From Acidobacteriota bacterium (GTDB lineage Bacteria > Acidobacteriota > Terriglobia > Terriglobales > Acidobacteriaceae), in the NCBI GenBank assembly GCA_021803035.1, contig JAJZME010000067.1, forward strand, positions 14,236-78,235: a DNA stretch of 64,000 nucleotides. Direction: 5' to 3'. The notes under the pieces are model-generated. The model saw only the letters and a list, made by a program, of their open reading frames with translations, had not been told where the DNA came from and made no database searches. Both the position numbers and the translations under genes were made by a program. Shown here one piece after another: positions 21,630-30,772 of this stretch (position 1 is its first letter; every line of letters starts with the position of its first letter).

Positions 21630-21764
21630 TCCTCTATTAGCTCCTAGCCTCTAGCTTCTAGCCTCCAGCCTGTCCCTCTTGTCATCTGTCTTCCGCCTTT
21701 TCGCGCCGCGTTGTATCGGCGCGATCAAAACGGGAAGCTGGGAGCCAGAAGCTGATCGCTGTCT

Positions 21765-22187
21765 TTACAACGCCACCGGCTTCTGCGCCTGGTGGGGATG
21801 CTTGTCTCCGCGATAGACCTTCAGCTTGGAGCCCATCGCGCGGCCCAGCTTGGTCTTGGGCAGCATGCCCTTGATCGCTTCTTCCAGAATCTTTTCCGGT
21901 TTCCGGCTCACAAGGCGCGTAAACGACTCCTCGCGCAACCCACCCAGATAGCCGGTGTAGCGGCGATAGACCTTGCTCTGCGTCTTCAGGCCGGTCAGCC
22001 GCACCTTTTCCGCGTTGATCACAATCACGTGGTCGCCCGTATCCATATACGGCACATACTGCGGGTTCAGTTTTCCGCTCAGCACATTGGCGGCCTTCGT
22101 GGCCAGCCGCCCCAGCGTCTGGCCGCTGGCGTCCACCACATACCATTTGCGGTCAATCTGCTTGCCGCTTGGAACAAAGGTTCCCAT
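21765..22187 (-). CDS. rplM: 50S ribosomal protein L13
   Basis: 140 aa. [22 protein letters not shown]......P..D.GD.V.VINAEK is the L13 signature. Confidence 0.95.
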   Translation of the reverse strand: MGTFVPSGKQIDRKWYVVDASGQTLGRLATKAANVLSGKLNPQYVPYMDTGDHVIVINAEKVRLTGLKTQSKVYRRYTGYLGGLREESFTRLVSRKPEKILEEAIKGMLPKTKLGRAMGSKLKVYRGDKHPHQAQKPVAL

Positions 22188-22687
22188 CTCTTCTGTCCTC
22201 TAAAAACCTGCCCGGCCGGAACCCAAAAATCCGCCGCCCGCGACAGGCAATCTCTAACGCAAAAACACCCACAGCCACGCAACATGCACGGGCCTGATCT
22301 CTACCCACTGCCAAACAAACCTTGTTCGGGTGAGGACTGCGAGGCATTGACCCGAAAGGCTTTGGCGTAGCCGGATTCCCGTCGAGAACCTGTGGAAACC
22401 CTTCCGGCTGCCAGTCGCCTGTGCTGGGTCGGCCCCCTACCGGGATGCCGCCGTCCGGGCCTGATCGACTTCCCACAGACCCCAGGCGCAACACCGCACA
22501 AGGTTTACAGAATAACCGAATCAGGGGGCAGAGTCAATGAAATGCCTTGCGCCCAACTGGCCTCCGGGCCACGCCATTTACGCCGCCGCCGAGCGCCTGG
22601 CTCCGCGCCGCCAGCTGCTAAAATGGCTGCGTGCAAGACACTCCCGCCCCGGCCGGAAGCCGCAGTTTCCGCGCCCAATCCGTGCCC

Positions 22688-23821
22688 ATGCTGGACCTCG
22701 GGCGCCAGTACCAGCCTCTTCATCAGGAGCTGCTCGAAGCCCTCGATCAGGTGCTTGAAACCCGGCAGTTCGTCCTCGGCGAGCCGGTTGCCGCCTTTGA
22801 GCGCGCCGCCGCCGCGCAACTGGGCGTGGCGCAGGCCGTGGGCTGCTCGTCGGGTACGGACGCGCTCTGGCTGGCCCTGGCCGCCGCCGGCATCGGGCCG
22901 GGCATGAGCGTGCTGACCACTCCCTTCAGCTTCTTCGCCTCGGTCAGCGCCATTCTGCGCGCCGGCGCCACGCCGGTCTTGGCCGATATCGACCCGGTCA
23001 CCTTCAATCTGGCCCCGGCAGCCGCCCAAATAGTTCTCGATAGCGAGCGCGGCCCGGGCGTGCGCGCCATCCTGCCCGTCCACCTCTACGGCCAGTGCGC
23101 CGATTGGGACAGCTTTGCCCGGCTTGCGCACGAGCGCGGTCTCAAGCTCATCGAAGACGCCGCCCAGGCCTGGGGCGCGGAGTGGAACGGCGTGCAAGCC
23201 GGCGGACTGGGCGACGCGGCAGCCTTCAGCTTTTACCCCACCAAGAACCTCAGCGCCGCCGGCGACGCCGGCATGGTCGCCACCAACAGCGGCGATCTGG
23301 CCGAGCGCGCGCGGATGCTGCGCCAGCACGGCATGCGCCGTCGCTACCACCACGACGAGGCCGGCTGGAATACCCGCATGGACGGCTTCCAGGGCGCCAT
23401 CCTGGGCGTCAAGCTCAGGTACATCGCGGGCTGGAATGAAGCGCGGCGCGCCGTGGCCCGCCGCTACGACGCGCTCTTCCGCGCCGCCGGTGTGGCCGAA
23501 GCCGGGCCATATCCCGTGCATGGCGTGGTCTTGCCCCGGGAAGTGGCTGGCGCCCGCCATGTCTGGCATCAATATGTAATTCGCGCGGCACGCCGCGATG
23601 CGCTGCGCGAGTTCCTCACCGCGCGCGGCGTCGGCTCGGAGGTCTACTATCCCGTCCCGCTGCACCGGCAGCAGGCGCTCAGCGGCTTAGGCTACGCTGC
23701 AGGCACCTTCCCCGAAGCCGAACGCGCCGCCCGCGAAGTGCTGGCCTTGCCCATCTTCCCCGAACTGCGCGAAGATGAGCAGCAGACCGTCGTGGGGGCA
23801 ATCGCGGAGTTTCTCCAATAG
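22688..23821 (+). CDS. DegT/DnrJ/EryC1/StrS-family PLP-dependent sugar aminotransferase
   Basis: Start trimmed to the ATG at 22688 (the track start is GTG). LGEPVAAFE...A.AVGCSSGTDALWLAL...FSFYPTKNLSAAGDAGM (the catalytic Lys context is typical of this family). Confidence 0.85.
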   Translation: MLDLGRQYQPLHQELLEALDQVLETRQFVLGEPVAAFERAAAAQLGVAQAVGCSSGTDALWLALAAAGIGPGMSVLTTPFSFFASVSAILRAGATPVLADIDPVTFNLAPAAAQIVLDSERGPGVRAILPVHLYGQCADWDSFARLAHERGLKLIEDAAQAWGAEWNGVQAGGLGDAAAFSFYPTKNLSAAGDAGMVATNSGDLAERARMLRQHGMRRRYHHDEAGWNTRMDGFQGAILGVKLRYIAGWNEARRAVARRYDALFRAAGVAEAGPYPVHGVVLPREVAGARHVWHQYVIRAARRDALREFLTARGVGSEVYYPVPLHRQQALSGLGYAAGTFPEAERAAREVLALPIFPELREDEQQTVVGAIAEFLQ

Positions 23822-23859
23822 GCGGATATTCCCGGTCCCGTCGAGCGGGGAGCGCCGGA

Positions 23860-24355
23860 ATTGCACCGCCACGAAATATCTTCCCTGCATTTGCAGATAA
23901 TTTCGCCCTTCCGGCGCACAATCATATATAGAACGTCGCAGAAGCTCTGCAATCATCCAGCATCCGCCTCGGCGCCGGGAGCCAGCAATCATGCCCAGCA
24001 TTACCGTGAACGACTTCGGCGAAATCCATCTGGACGCCTGCATCTCGGTCGCGCAAAATGACACCGCCCTCACCGGCTCCAACGCATTCCCGCTCCACTC
24101 GCGCAATCTGGCCAGTCCGAACCCCGTAAACCCACCCCCCTCAAAATTTTTCCTTTTCCACAGAAAACTTTGCAGATAATTTCATTTCCCGCGAAAAACG
24201 CGGATCCAGACAGCCCAGCTTTCCGCATTGCAGTACGCACGTTCTCCCTCGCCTGCTTTTCCGGCCCGTGGTGCAAGTCTGGTTTTGAAGGGACGCAACT
24301 TTGCAGGAGGCGGAGAGTCTCGGTGGTTTTGAACTGAATGAGGAAGGCTTCAGCG
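23860..24355 (-). repeat. Copy B of the paralogous intergenic element (inverted relative to copy A)
   Basis: The reverse complement aligns to 63..410 (see copy A). Sub-motifs TTTGCAGATAATTTC lie at 23890..23904 and 24169..24183. The central spacer is roughly 100 nt longer than in copy A. The element fills almost the whole 647-bp gap between two convergent genes. Confidence 0.7.
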
Positions 24356-24468
24356 ATGCCGCCAGCAACAAAATCAGATAGCGCAGTTCAGCTCCGGTGC
24401 GAATCTCGCTTCAAAATCCCACCGCCGTCGCCGTCGCCCTTTTTCCGCAGCCTCGAAGCATCGCTCGG

Positions 24469-25986
24469 CTAACCTTGCCGTTCGCTCCAGCGCATGCCGC
24501 GGCATGGCGCGCCCGTGGACTCGGAAAGGCTCTTGACCCACGCGGCAAGGGCGCTGAAGTCTTCGGCAATGGGCGAATCCGGAGCGTAGTCCATCACCGT
24601 CATGCCTTCGGCGAGCGCCTCGCTGACAGCGGGCGCGCGGCGCAACGCAAATGGCAGCAGCCGGTCGCCCAGCCGCTCCCGCAACACTTCGCGCACATCC
24701 AGATGCAGCGGCAGCGAGGAGTCGAATTGATTGAGCACGTAGTAGATTTGCGCCGGGCGGCGCTCTCCGTCGCAGTGACGCTGGAAGAATGAGTCGATGG
24801 AACCGGCGCTGACCACCGAGTTCATGTCGGGCACCACGGGCACCAGCACCAGCGGAACCAGGTGCAGCACCCGGCGCACGGTGGCCGCCGACGCCGTGGC
24901 GATATCGACAATCACGCGGCTGGTGTTCTGCGCGCACTCGGCAATCTCGGCCGACAACGGCTCCTCAGTGTCTGTTTCGCGCGCCAGGGCGTCGGAATCG
25001 ATGGTCACCATCTGCACCGGGGCGTCGCTGCGCGCGGCTGGCGGGCTGAAGGTCCTCAATACGCCCGGACGCTGGTCGCGCGCGCCGAAAAAGAACGGCA
25101 GCAATCCGTAGGCCGCGGTCTCCACCAGCAGCACCCGCTCGCCGCACGCGGAAAGCGCCCTGCCGAGCGTGGCGACCATGCAGGTTTTGCCCACCCCGCC
25201 TGCCAGCGAGAAAATCGCCAGCACCGGCGCGGGAACGCCTGCCTGCGCGGCTGATACCTCGGACGCGCTCATCCCTTCAAAGACCCCTTTCAAGGCAAAC
25301 CAGCGCGACGTCAAGCGGTCGCGCGCGCCTTGCAGGGTGTCGGCCGGAACCGGCGGAACGGGAAGGCTGCTACCCTCCATCCGGCCGGACGCCAGCCATG
25401 CCGGACGCCAAGGGTCCTCAGTCGGCGCGATTGCGCGACGGGCATAGGAAGAGCCGTCTTCTGGTCTGAATTTGGGTTGCGGGCGACCTTCGGACGGCCA
25501 GGCAAGAAGCTCCGGGGGGGAAGCCTCGCGGCTTGGCGGCAACGGCCACCAAGCCGACAGCGGCATGGCCTGAGCCGCTGCCCTATTCTGCTGCGCTGAT
25601 GGAGGAGCAGTTTCCTGCGCGCTGGCAGTTGTGCTGTCGGCATGGAGACGCTGCGCCGTCTCCTGCAAAACCGCCAATCTTGGCTGGGGCGCTTCGGCAA
25701 TCTCCGCGCTGAGCTTCAGAGCGGCTGTGCGCTGTATTTCCGTCTGCCGCCGTGCGTACTCCCGTTCCTCCGCGATTGCCTTCTGCACGCGCTGATGAAT
25801 TCTTTCGCGCGCCTGCACCCGCGAGACCGCAAAATCCCGGCGTTTCGGGCCATGCGGATTGGACCGGGAATAAGGCGCAGAGCCATCCGGCTGCGTTTCA
25901 TTCAGATCAATCAGCGCCTTGCCACCTTGCATGATCTGCCCCTTATCTTTTGCTCTGGCGTCCGATTCCGCCGCCCGCGCCGCCAT
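24469..25986 (-). CDS. BcsQ/YhjQ-like (ParA/MinD-superfamily) ATPase with long low-complexity N-terminal extension
   Basis: The C-terminal 250 aa carry VLAIFSLAGGVGKTCMVATLGRAL...RVLLVE, and the tail YYVLNQFD...LLPFALRR...VSEALAEGMTVMDYAPDSPIAEDFSALAAWV parallels E. coli BcsQ (INDFR...LLPMLIHRDEAMAECLA...Y..S.AAEE...LANW). The first 240 aa are Ala/Pro/Gln/Arg-rich. Confidence 0.6.
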   Translation of the reverse strand: MAARAAESDARAKDKGQIMQGGKALIDLNETQPDGSAPYSRSNPHGPKRRDFAVSRVQARERIHQRVQKAIAEEREYARRQTEIQRTAALKLSAEIAEAPQPRLAVLQETAQRLHADSTTASAQETAPPSAQQNRAAAQAMPLSAWWPLPPSREASPPELLAWPSEGRPQPKFRPEDGSSYARRAIAPTEDPWRPAWLASGRMEGSSLPVPPVPADTLQGARDRLTSRWFALKGVFEGMSASEVSAAQAGVPAPVLAIFSLAGGVGKTCMVATLGRALSACGERVLLVETAAYGLLPFFFGARDQRPGVLRTFSPPAARSDAPVQMVTIDSDALARETDTEEPLSAEIAECAQNTSRVIVDIATASAATVRRVLHLVPLVLVPVVPDMNSVVSAGSIDSFFQRHCDGERRPAQIYYVLNQFDSSLPLHLDVREVLRERLGDRLLPFALRRAPAVSEALAEGMTVMDYAPDSPIAEDFSALAAWVKSLSESTGAPCRGMRWSERQG

Positions 25987-26283
25987 TGTTCGGCGGGGCT
26001 GTGTCCTCGCACACTTCCGCGCAAAGCGCCATTATCCCGAATGTTATCGGCGTAATTCCGGGCGGGACAATAACACTTGCACGGGGTTGACTTACCACTT
26101 TTTCGTCATGCGAAGGCGCAAGTGTCTTGCATTCCCTGGCGTTACGGACCGCCTTGCCCGCCGCGCAACAAGCGGGATGAAACTGCCTGCGGCGGTCGCG
26201 TTGCTCCCTGGCCCGCGACTAACCGGCCGCATGGCGCGGGCGGCCGCGCCGGCCCTATGATAGCTTTTAGAGAGTAGCCACAA

Positions 26284-26359
26284 GAGCCCGTAGCTCAGCT
26301 GGTAGAGCAACGCCCTTTTAAGGCGTGGGTCCTGGGTTCGAATCCCAGCGGGCTCACCA
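26284..26359 (+). tRNA. tRNA-Lys (anticodon UUU), CCA encoded
   Basis: Manual cloverleaf: acceptor GAGCCCG/CGGGCTC, D arm GCTC-AGCTGGTA-GAGC, anticodon stem ACGCC/GGCGT with loop CTTTTAA, T arm CTGGG-TTCGAAT-CCCAG, discriminator A, then CCA. Confidence 0.93.
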
Positions 26360-26468
26360 TCTTCTTGAGACTGCCCATCCCCCAAAATCCACCCTCATTC
26401 GGGACGCTCGGGATTTTTGACCTTTGCGGCGGAAGCCAAAGCCCGCGGTTTCTGCGCTCCGAATCCGT

Positions 26469-27518
26469 TCAAACGGATCGGGACCAGAAATGCTGCTCGG
26501 AACAGGCGCGCAAACGCTCCGCCGCGCTCTCGGGCGTGATGTCCCGCTGCGGCATGCCCAGCATCTCAAAGCCCACCATGTACTTCCGCACCGTGGCCGA
26601 GCGCAGCAGGGGCGGCAGATAATGCGCATGGAAGTGCCACTCCGGGTGCTCGCCGCCGTCGGTGGGCGCTTGATGAAAGCCCATGGTGTACGGGAAGCTG
26701 GTTTCGAACAGGTTGTCGTAGCGCGTGGTCAGGCGCTTGAGGGCGTCGGCCAGCCCGTCGCGCTCGGCGCTTGCGAACTGCGGCATGGCGCCGCAATGAC
26801 GGCGGCTCACCAGCATGACCTCAAACGGCCACACGGCCCACCACGGGACCAGCGCCATAAAATGCCCGTTTTCAAAGATCACGCGCTCACCGGCGGCGCG
26901 CTCGGTTTCAACATAGTCGCAGAGGAGACAGCGGCCAGTGCGCGCCAGGTGGTCGCGCTGCGCGGCGGTCTCGGCGGCCGGCTCGTCGGGAACGAAATCG
27001 GTGGACCAGATCTGGCCGTGCGGGTGCGGATTGCTGGCTCCCATCATGGCTCCGCGATTCTCGAAGATCTCCACGTACTGAATCCACTCCAGCCCGCCGA
27101 TTTCCTCGTATTCGCCCGTCCAGGCGTCAACCACGCGGCGAATCTCGGCCGGGGTCATGCGCGCCAGGGTCAGGCCGTGGTCGGGATGAAAGCAAAGAAC
27201 CTTGCACAGCCCGCGCGTGGGAGCGGCCACCAGCAGCGGGGCGGCTGGCTGCGCGGCCTGCGCCGGGGCATCGGGCAGCAGCGCGGCGTAATCGTTCACG
27301 AAGGAAAAGACACTCTCGTACGCCGGATTCAGGGCCCCGCCCGCGCGCGGGTTACCGGGACAGAGATAGCATTGCGGATCGTAGGCGACGGAGGGCGGCG
27401 CCGTCTTTTGCGCCACTTCGCCCTGCCAGGGGCGCTGCGTGCGATGCGGCGAAACCAGAACCCAGGTCTGGCGCAGCGGATTCCACCGCCGATGCGGATG
27501 CTGACTCAAACTTGCCAT
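26469..27518 (-). CDS. galT: Galactose-1-phosphate uridylyltransferase (type 1)
   Basis: Start trimmed to the ATG at 27518. HRRWNPLRQTWVLVSPHR..RPWQG, CYLCPGN, and the HPHGQIW active-site His-Pro-His. Confidence 0.92.
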   Translation of the reverse strand: MASLSQHPHRRWNPLRQTWVLVSPHRTQRPWQGEVAQKTAPPSVAYDPQCYLCPGNPRAGGALNPAYESVFSFVNDYAALLPDAPAQAAQPAAPLLVAAPTRGLCKVLCFHPDHGLTLARMTPAEIRRVVDAWTGEYEEIGGLEWIQYVEIFENRGAMMGASNPHPHGQIWSTDFVPDEPAAETAAQRDHLARTGRCLLCDYVETERAAGERVIFENGHFMALVPWWAVWPFEVMLVSRRHCGAMPQFASAERDGLADALKRLTTRYDNLFETSFPYTMGFHQAPTDGGEHPEWHFHAHYLPPLLRSATVRKYMVGFEMLGMPQRDITPESAAERLRACSEQHFWSRSV

Positions 27519-27643
27519 GCTTTCTCCTCCCCGATTGTAAAGTGTCCGATCCGCGGGCCATTGGGTGGCTAACCCCGGGTGGCCCGTTCTACCATGGACG
27601 CGGTAACCTCCATCAAGCCGCGCTTTGCCGAGGACCATCCACC

Positions 27644-28291
27644 ATGCTTTCAGCAAACGCCATCGTCAAGCTGCACGACCAGCGCACCCGCACATGGCAC
27701 GCGAAGAAGAGCGCATCCCGCGAGGGCGTATTGCGCGGCAATCCCAAAGCCCCGGCCGAAACTCCGGATCGACCCGCCGAGCTGGCCACATTGGTGGTCT
27801 GCCAGCATCGCGCCAACTTCGATCTCTGGCACATTGAAGACGAGGCACGCGCGCCCGGCGCCAGCGACGCGGAGCTGGCCGACGTGAAGCGCCGCATCGA
27901 CACCACCAACCAAATGCGCAACGACCTGAGTGAGGCGCTGGACCGCATGCTGATGGCATGGCTGGAGGAGCGCGGCCTGCCCAACCCCACGGCGCCGCTC
28001 AACTCGGAATCGCCGGGGCTGATGATCGACCGGCTATCCATTCTGGCGCTGAAGATTTATCACACCCGGGAGGAAACCATGCGCACGGATGCGCCGGATG
28101 GGCACGCAGAGCGCAATCGGGAACGGCTGCGCATCCTCGAAGAACAACGCGCCGACTTGGCCGCCTGCCTCGATGCGCTGTGGCTTGAAACGCTGGCCGG
28201 GACGCGGCGTTTCAAGCTCTATCGACAATTAAAAATGTATAACGATCCGGCGCTAAATCCAGCCATTTACCGCCAAACGGCGGACAAATGA
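27644..28291 (+). CDS. Conserved hypothetical, resembles DUF4254 family
   Basis: Start trimmed to the ATG at 27644. The block HRANFDLWHIEDEAR...VKRRIDTTNQMRNDL.EALD matches what I recall of DUF4254 proteins, from memory only and unverified. Confidence 0.5.
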   Translation: MLSANAIVKLHDQRTRTWHAKKSASREGVLRGNPKAPAETPDRPAELATLVVCQHRANFDLWHIEDEARAPGASDAELADVKRRIDTTNQMRNDLSEALDRMLMAWLEERGLPNPTAPLNSESPGLMIDRLSILALKIYHTREETMRTDAPDGHAERNRERLRILEEQRADLAACLDALWLETLAGTRRFKLYRQLKMYNDPALNPAIYRQTADK

Positions 28292-28426
28292 GGTCAGCCA
28301 CTGCGGCTCCGCGCGCCGCCCATTGACGGAAGCGGGCGTTCTGCGTATAAAGGTGGCCTATGTAGCAGTATTCCGGCGCGCGCGTTCGGGGCCTGCAAGC
28401 AGGCGCTCCAAGCGGGCAGAAAAGGA

Positions 28427-29008
28427 ATGCGCAATTGCGGTAATCCTATGACGCAAGAGGCCCGATCAGCGGCGGCGAGCCGCAAGAAATCATCTCCTCC
28501 ACCGACTAGGCACGACGGCCATGCCGCGGTCACGGGGCCGGCTTTCAACCAATATCAAATGGCAGTGCAACTGTTGCAGCAGGGCAAGTATGAGAGGGCG
28601 CTGGATGCCTTCAACAAGTTGCTGCCCTCGGCTCCTGTGCCGCTGGTCGAGCGCTGCCGGATGTACATCTGCACCTGCCAGCGGCAACTGGAAAAGTCCA
28701 GCCTGGCCTTTCTTACGCCCGAAGAGCACTATGACTATGCCGTCTCCCAGTTGAACACCGGCTACTTTGAAGAGGCCCGCGAGCAGTTCCAGGCGATTCT
28801 GGCGGCGCATCCTGAGGCGGATTACGCTTTTTACGGGCTGGCCCTGCTGGCCGCCATCACCGGGCAGACCCAGGACTGCCTCGACCATCTGGGCCGGGCC
28901 ATCGAGCTGAATCCGAAGAACCGGCTGCAAGCCCGGGCGGACAACGATTTCCAAAACATGGTGGATGACCCACGCTTTACGGAGTTGCTGTATCCTGAAG
29001 TCCCATGA
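28427..29008 (+). CDS. TPR-repeat protein
   Basis: 193 aa with at least three TPR-like units (AVQLLQQGKYERALDAFNKLL; AVSQLNTGYFEEAREQFQAIL; GLALLAAITGQTQDCLDHLGRAIELNP). The stop overlaps the next start (ATGA at 29005). Confidence 0.7.
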   Translation: MRNCGNPMTQEARSAAASRKKSSPPPTRHDGHAAVTGPAFNQYQMAVQLLQQGKYERALDAFNKLLPSAPVPLVERCRMYICTCQRQLEKSSLAFLTPEEHYDYAVSQLNTGYFEEAREQFQAILAAHPEADYAFYGLALLAAITGQTQDCLDHLGRAIELNPKNRLQARADNDFQNMVDDPRFTELLYPEVP

Positions 29009-30084
29009 GGGATTGGGAGAATTCGGCTCCTCCGATGGTCGAAGATCCGCCTGAGCGCCCGGTCGCCGGCAAGGAGGCGCCAGCCGCCAAGCAGACGTTG
29101 CGTGTGGTGGCCATCGGCGGCGGGACCGGACTTTCTACGCTGCTGCGCGGACTGCGCAGGGACGTCATAACGGCAGGCGAAACCGGCGCGCAGGGCAGAA
29201 TCGCCGATCTGGCTGCCGTGGTGACGGTAACCGACGACGGCGGATCGAGCGGCCGACTGCGCAAGGGCTTCAACATGCTGCCGCCCGGCGACCTGCGCAA
29301 CTGCATGGTGGCGCTGAGCGAGGAAGAAGACCTGCTGGCGCAGCTTTTCAACCATCGTTTCCGGGCAGGCGACGCGCTCAAAGGGCACAACTTCGGCAAC
29401 CTGTTTGTGGCCGCACTGACGGAAATCACCGGCGATTTTGCCCTGGCGGTCGAGCTTTCCTCGAAGATTCTGGCCACCCGCGGACGCATCTACCCGGCAA
29501 CCACGGCCAACACGACGCTAGTGGCGCGCATGGACGACGGCTCGCTGGTCAGCGGAGAGACCAACATCACCGCCAGCCGTCGCCGCATCGTAGAGCTCAT
29601 GATCGACCCGCCCTGCCCGGCGCCGCTGCCGGAAACGCTGGAGGCCATTGCGCGGGCAGACCTCATCACCGTGGGGCCGGGTTCGCTTTACACTTCGCTG
29701 ATCACCAATCTTCTGGTGGAAGGCATGCCTGCGGCGCTGGCCCAGGCGCGCGGCCTGCGCGTTTTCATCTGCAATTTGATGACGCAGGCCAATGAGAGCC
29801 TTGGCCTCACGGCTTCAGAGCATCTGCAGCGCATCTACGACCACACCCACGCACCCATCTTCGACTGCGCGCTGATCAATACGGCGCCGTTCTCAAAAGA
29901 AACGGTAGCCCGCTATGCCGCCGAAGGCGCCGAGCCCATTGCGGCCGACATCGAGCGGCTAGAGGCGCTGGGCGTGCGCGTCATCGCCGGTGACTTTGCC
30001 AGCGAAGGGAGCGTGGTGCGCCACGACGCCGCGCGTGTGACGAGCACGCTGCTGGAGATGGGACGAACGGCCTGCCGCGGATAA
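29005..30084 (+). CDS. yvcK: YvcK/CofD-family gluconeogenesis factor (UPF0052)
   Basis: LRVVAIGGGTGLSTLLRGLR...VVTVTDDGGSSGRLR....LPPGDLRNC...GHNFGNLF are hallmark motifs. Confidence 0.88.
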   Translation: MRDWENSAPPMVEDPPERPVAGKEAPAAKQTLRVVAIGGGTGLSTLLRGLRRDVITAGETGAQGRIADLAAVVTVTDDGGSSGRLRKGFNMLPPGDLRNCMVALSEEEDLLAQLFNHRFRAGDALKGHNFGNLFVAALTEITGDFALAVELSSKILATRGRIYPATTANTTLVARMDDGSLVSGETNITASRRRIVELMIDPPCPAPLPETLEAIARADLITVGPGSLYTSLITNLLVEGMPAALAQARGLRVFICNLMTQANESLGLTASEHLQRIYDHTHAPIFDCALINTAPFSKETVARYAAEGAEPIAADIERLEALGVRVIAGDFASEGSVVRHDAARVTSTLLEMGRTACRG

Positions 30085-30189
30085 GGTTAACCTCTCAAAT
30101 CCGCAAGATTCTTCTTTCTTCCTGCGCGGAAGCCGGAATTGAGTGTAAAGTAACTGCACGCCGGCCATCGCCGGCGCAAGGGGGTTTCA

Positions 30190-30678
30190 ATGCGCATCCG
30201 TCGCAATATGCTTCTTATGGGCGCGTGCGGTTTGCTTCTGGGGCTATCCGCCCTGGCCCAGGCCCGCAAACCCGGCCTCTGGCAAGTGACTTCGACCATG
30301 ACCTGGCAGCAGTCGCCGTTCCCGGCAGGGATGGGAGCCCTGGCCAGCGGACCGCATACGGTGCAGGTTTGCGTCACGCAGGAACAGATCGACAAATATG
30401 GCTCTGTGCCGCCGCAGACGCAGCGTGACTGCCAGGTAACCAACATCGTGAAGAAGGCCAACGGCATGTCCGCGGAGATGGTGTGCACCGGCGCCCTGGG
30501 CGGCAAAGGCAGCATTGAATCGACCTGGACGGATGACTCGCACAGTACCACGAAGGTGCACTTTCTGGGGCAAATGGAGATGGGACAGAGCAGCAAGCCC
30601 GTCGAGTGGACCGTGGAGGCCACTTCCGTTTACAAAGGGCCGGATTGCGGGAGCGTGAAGCCGCTTCAGGACAAGTGA
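30190..30678 (+). CDS. DUF3617-like secreted/lipoprotein
   Basis: Signal peptide followed by a PGLWQVTS motif and four spaced Cys (VCVTQEQ, DCQV, MVCTG, PDCG), as in DUF3617 proteins. Confidence 0.55.
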   Translation: MRIRRNMLLMGACGLLLGLSALAQARKPGLWQVTSTMTWQQSPFPAGMGALASGPHTVQVCVTQEQIDKYGSVPPQTQRDCQVTNIVKKANGMSAEMVCTGALGGKGSIESTWTDDSHSTTKVHFLGQMEMGQSSKPVEWTVEATSVYKGPDCGSVKPLQDK

Positions 30679-30772
30679 CGGTCATTTCCACAAGAGCGGA
30701 TGCCGCACAAACAGATTTCTCTTCTTGCGTCCTGGGCTGTGCCTTTGGCTTCGGGATCCGCTTCCGGCCTTT

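Noticed and set aside
24150-24185. Sigma-54 promoter (TGGCAC-N5-TTGCA) or Fur box (GATAATGATAATCATTATC) within the TTTGCAGATAATTTC motif.
   Set aside because: The -24 GG dinucleotide is absent at the required spacing (TTCCAC / TTCCCT instead of TGGCAC). Only the GATAAT hexamer of the Fur box is matched.
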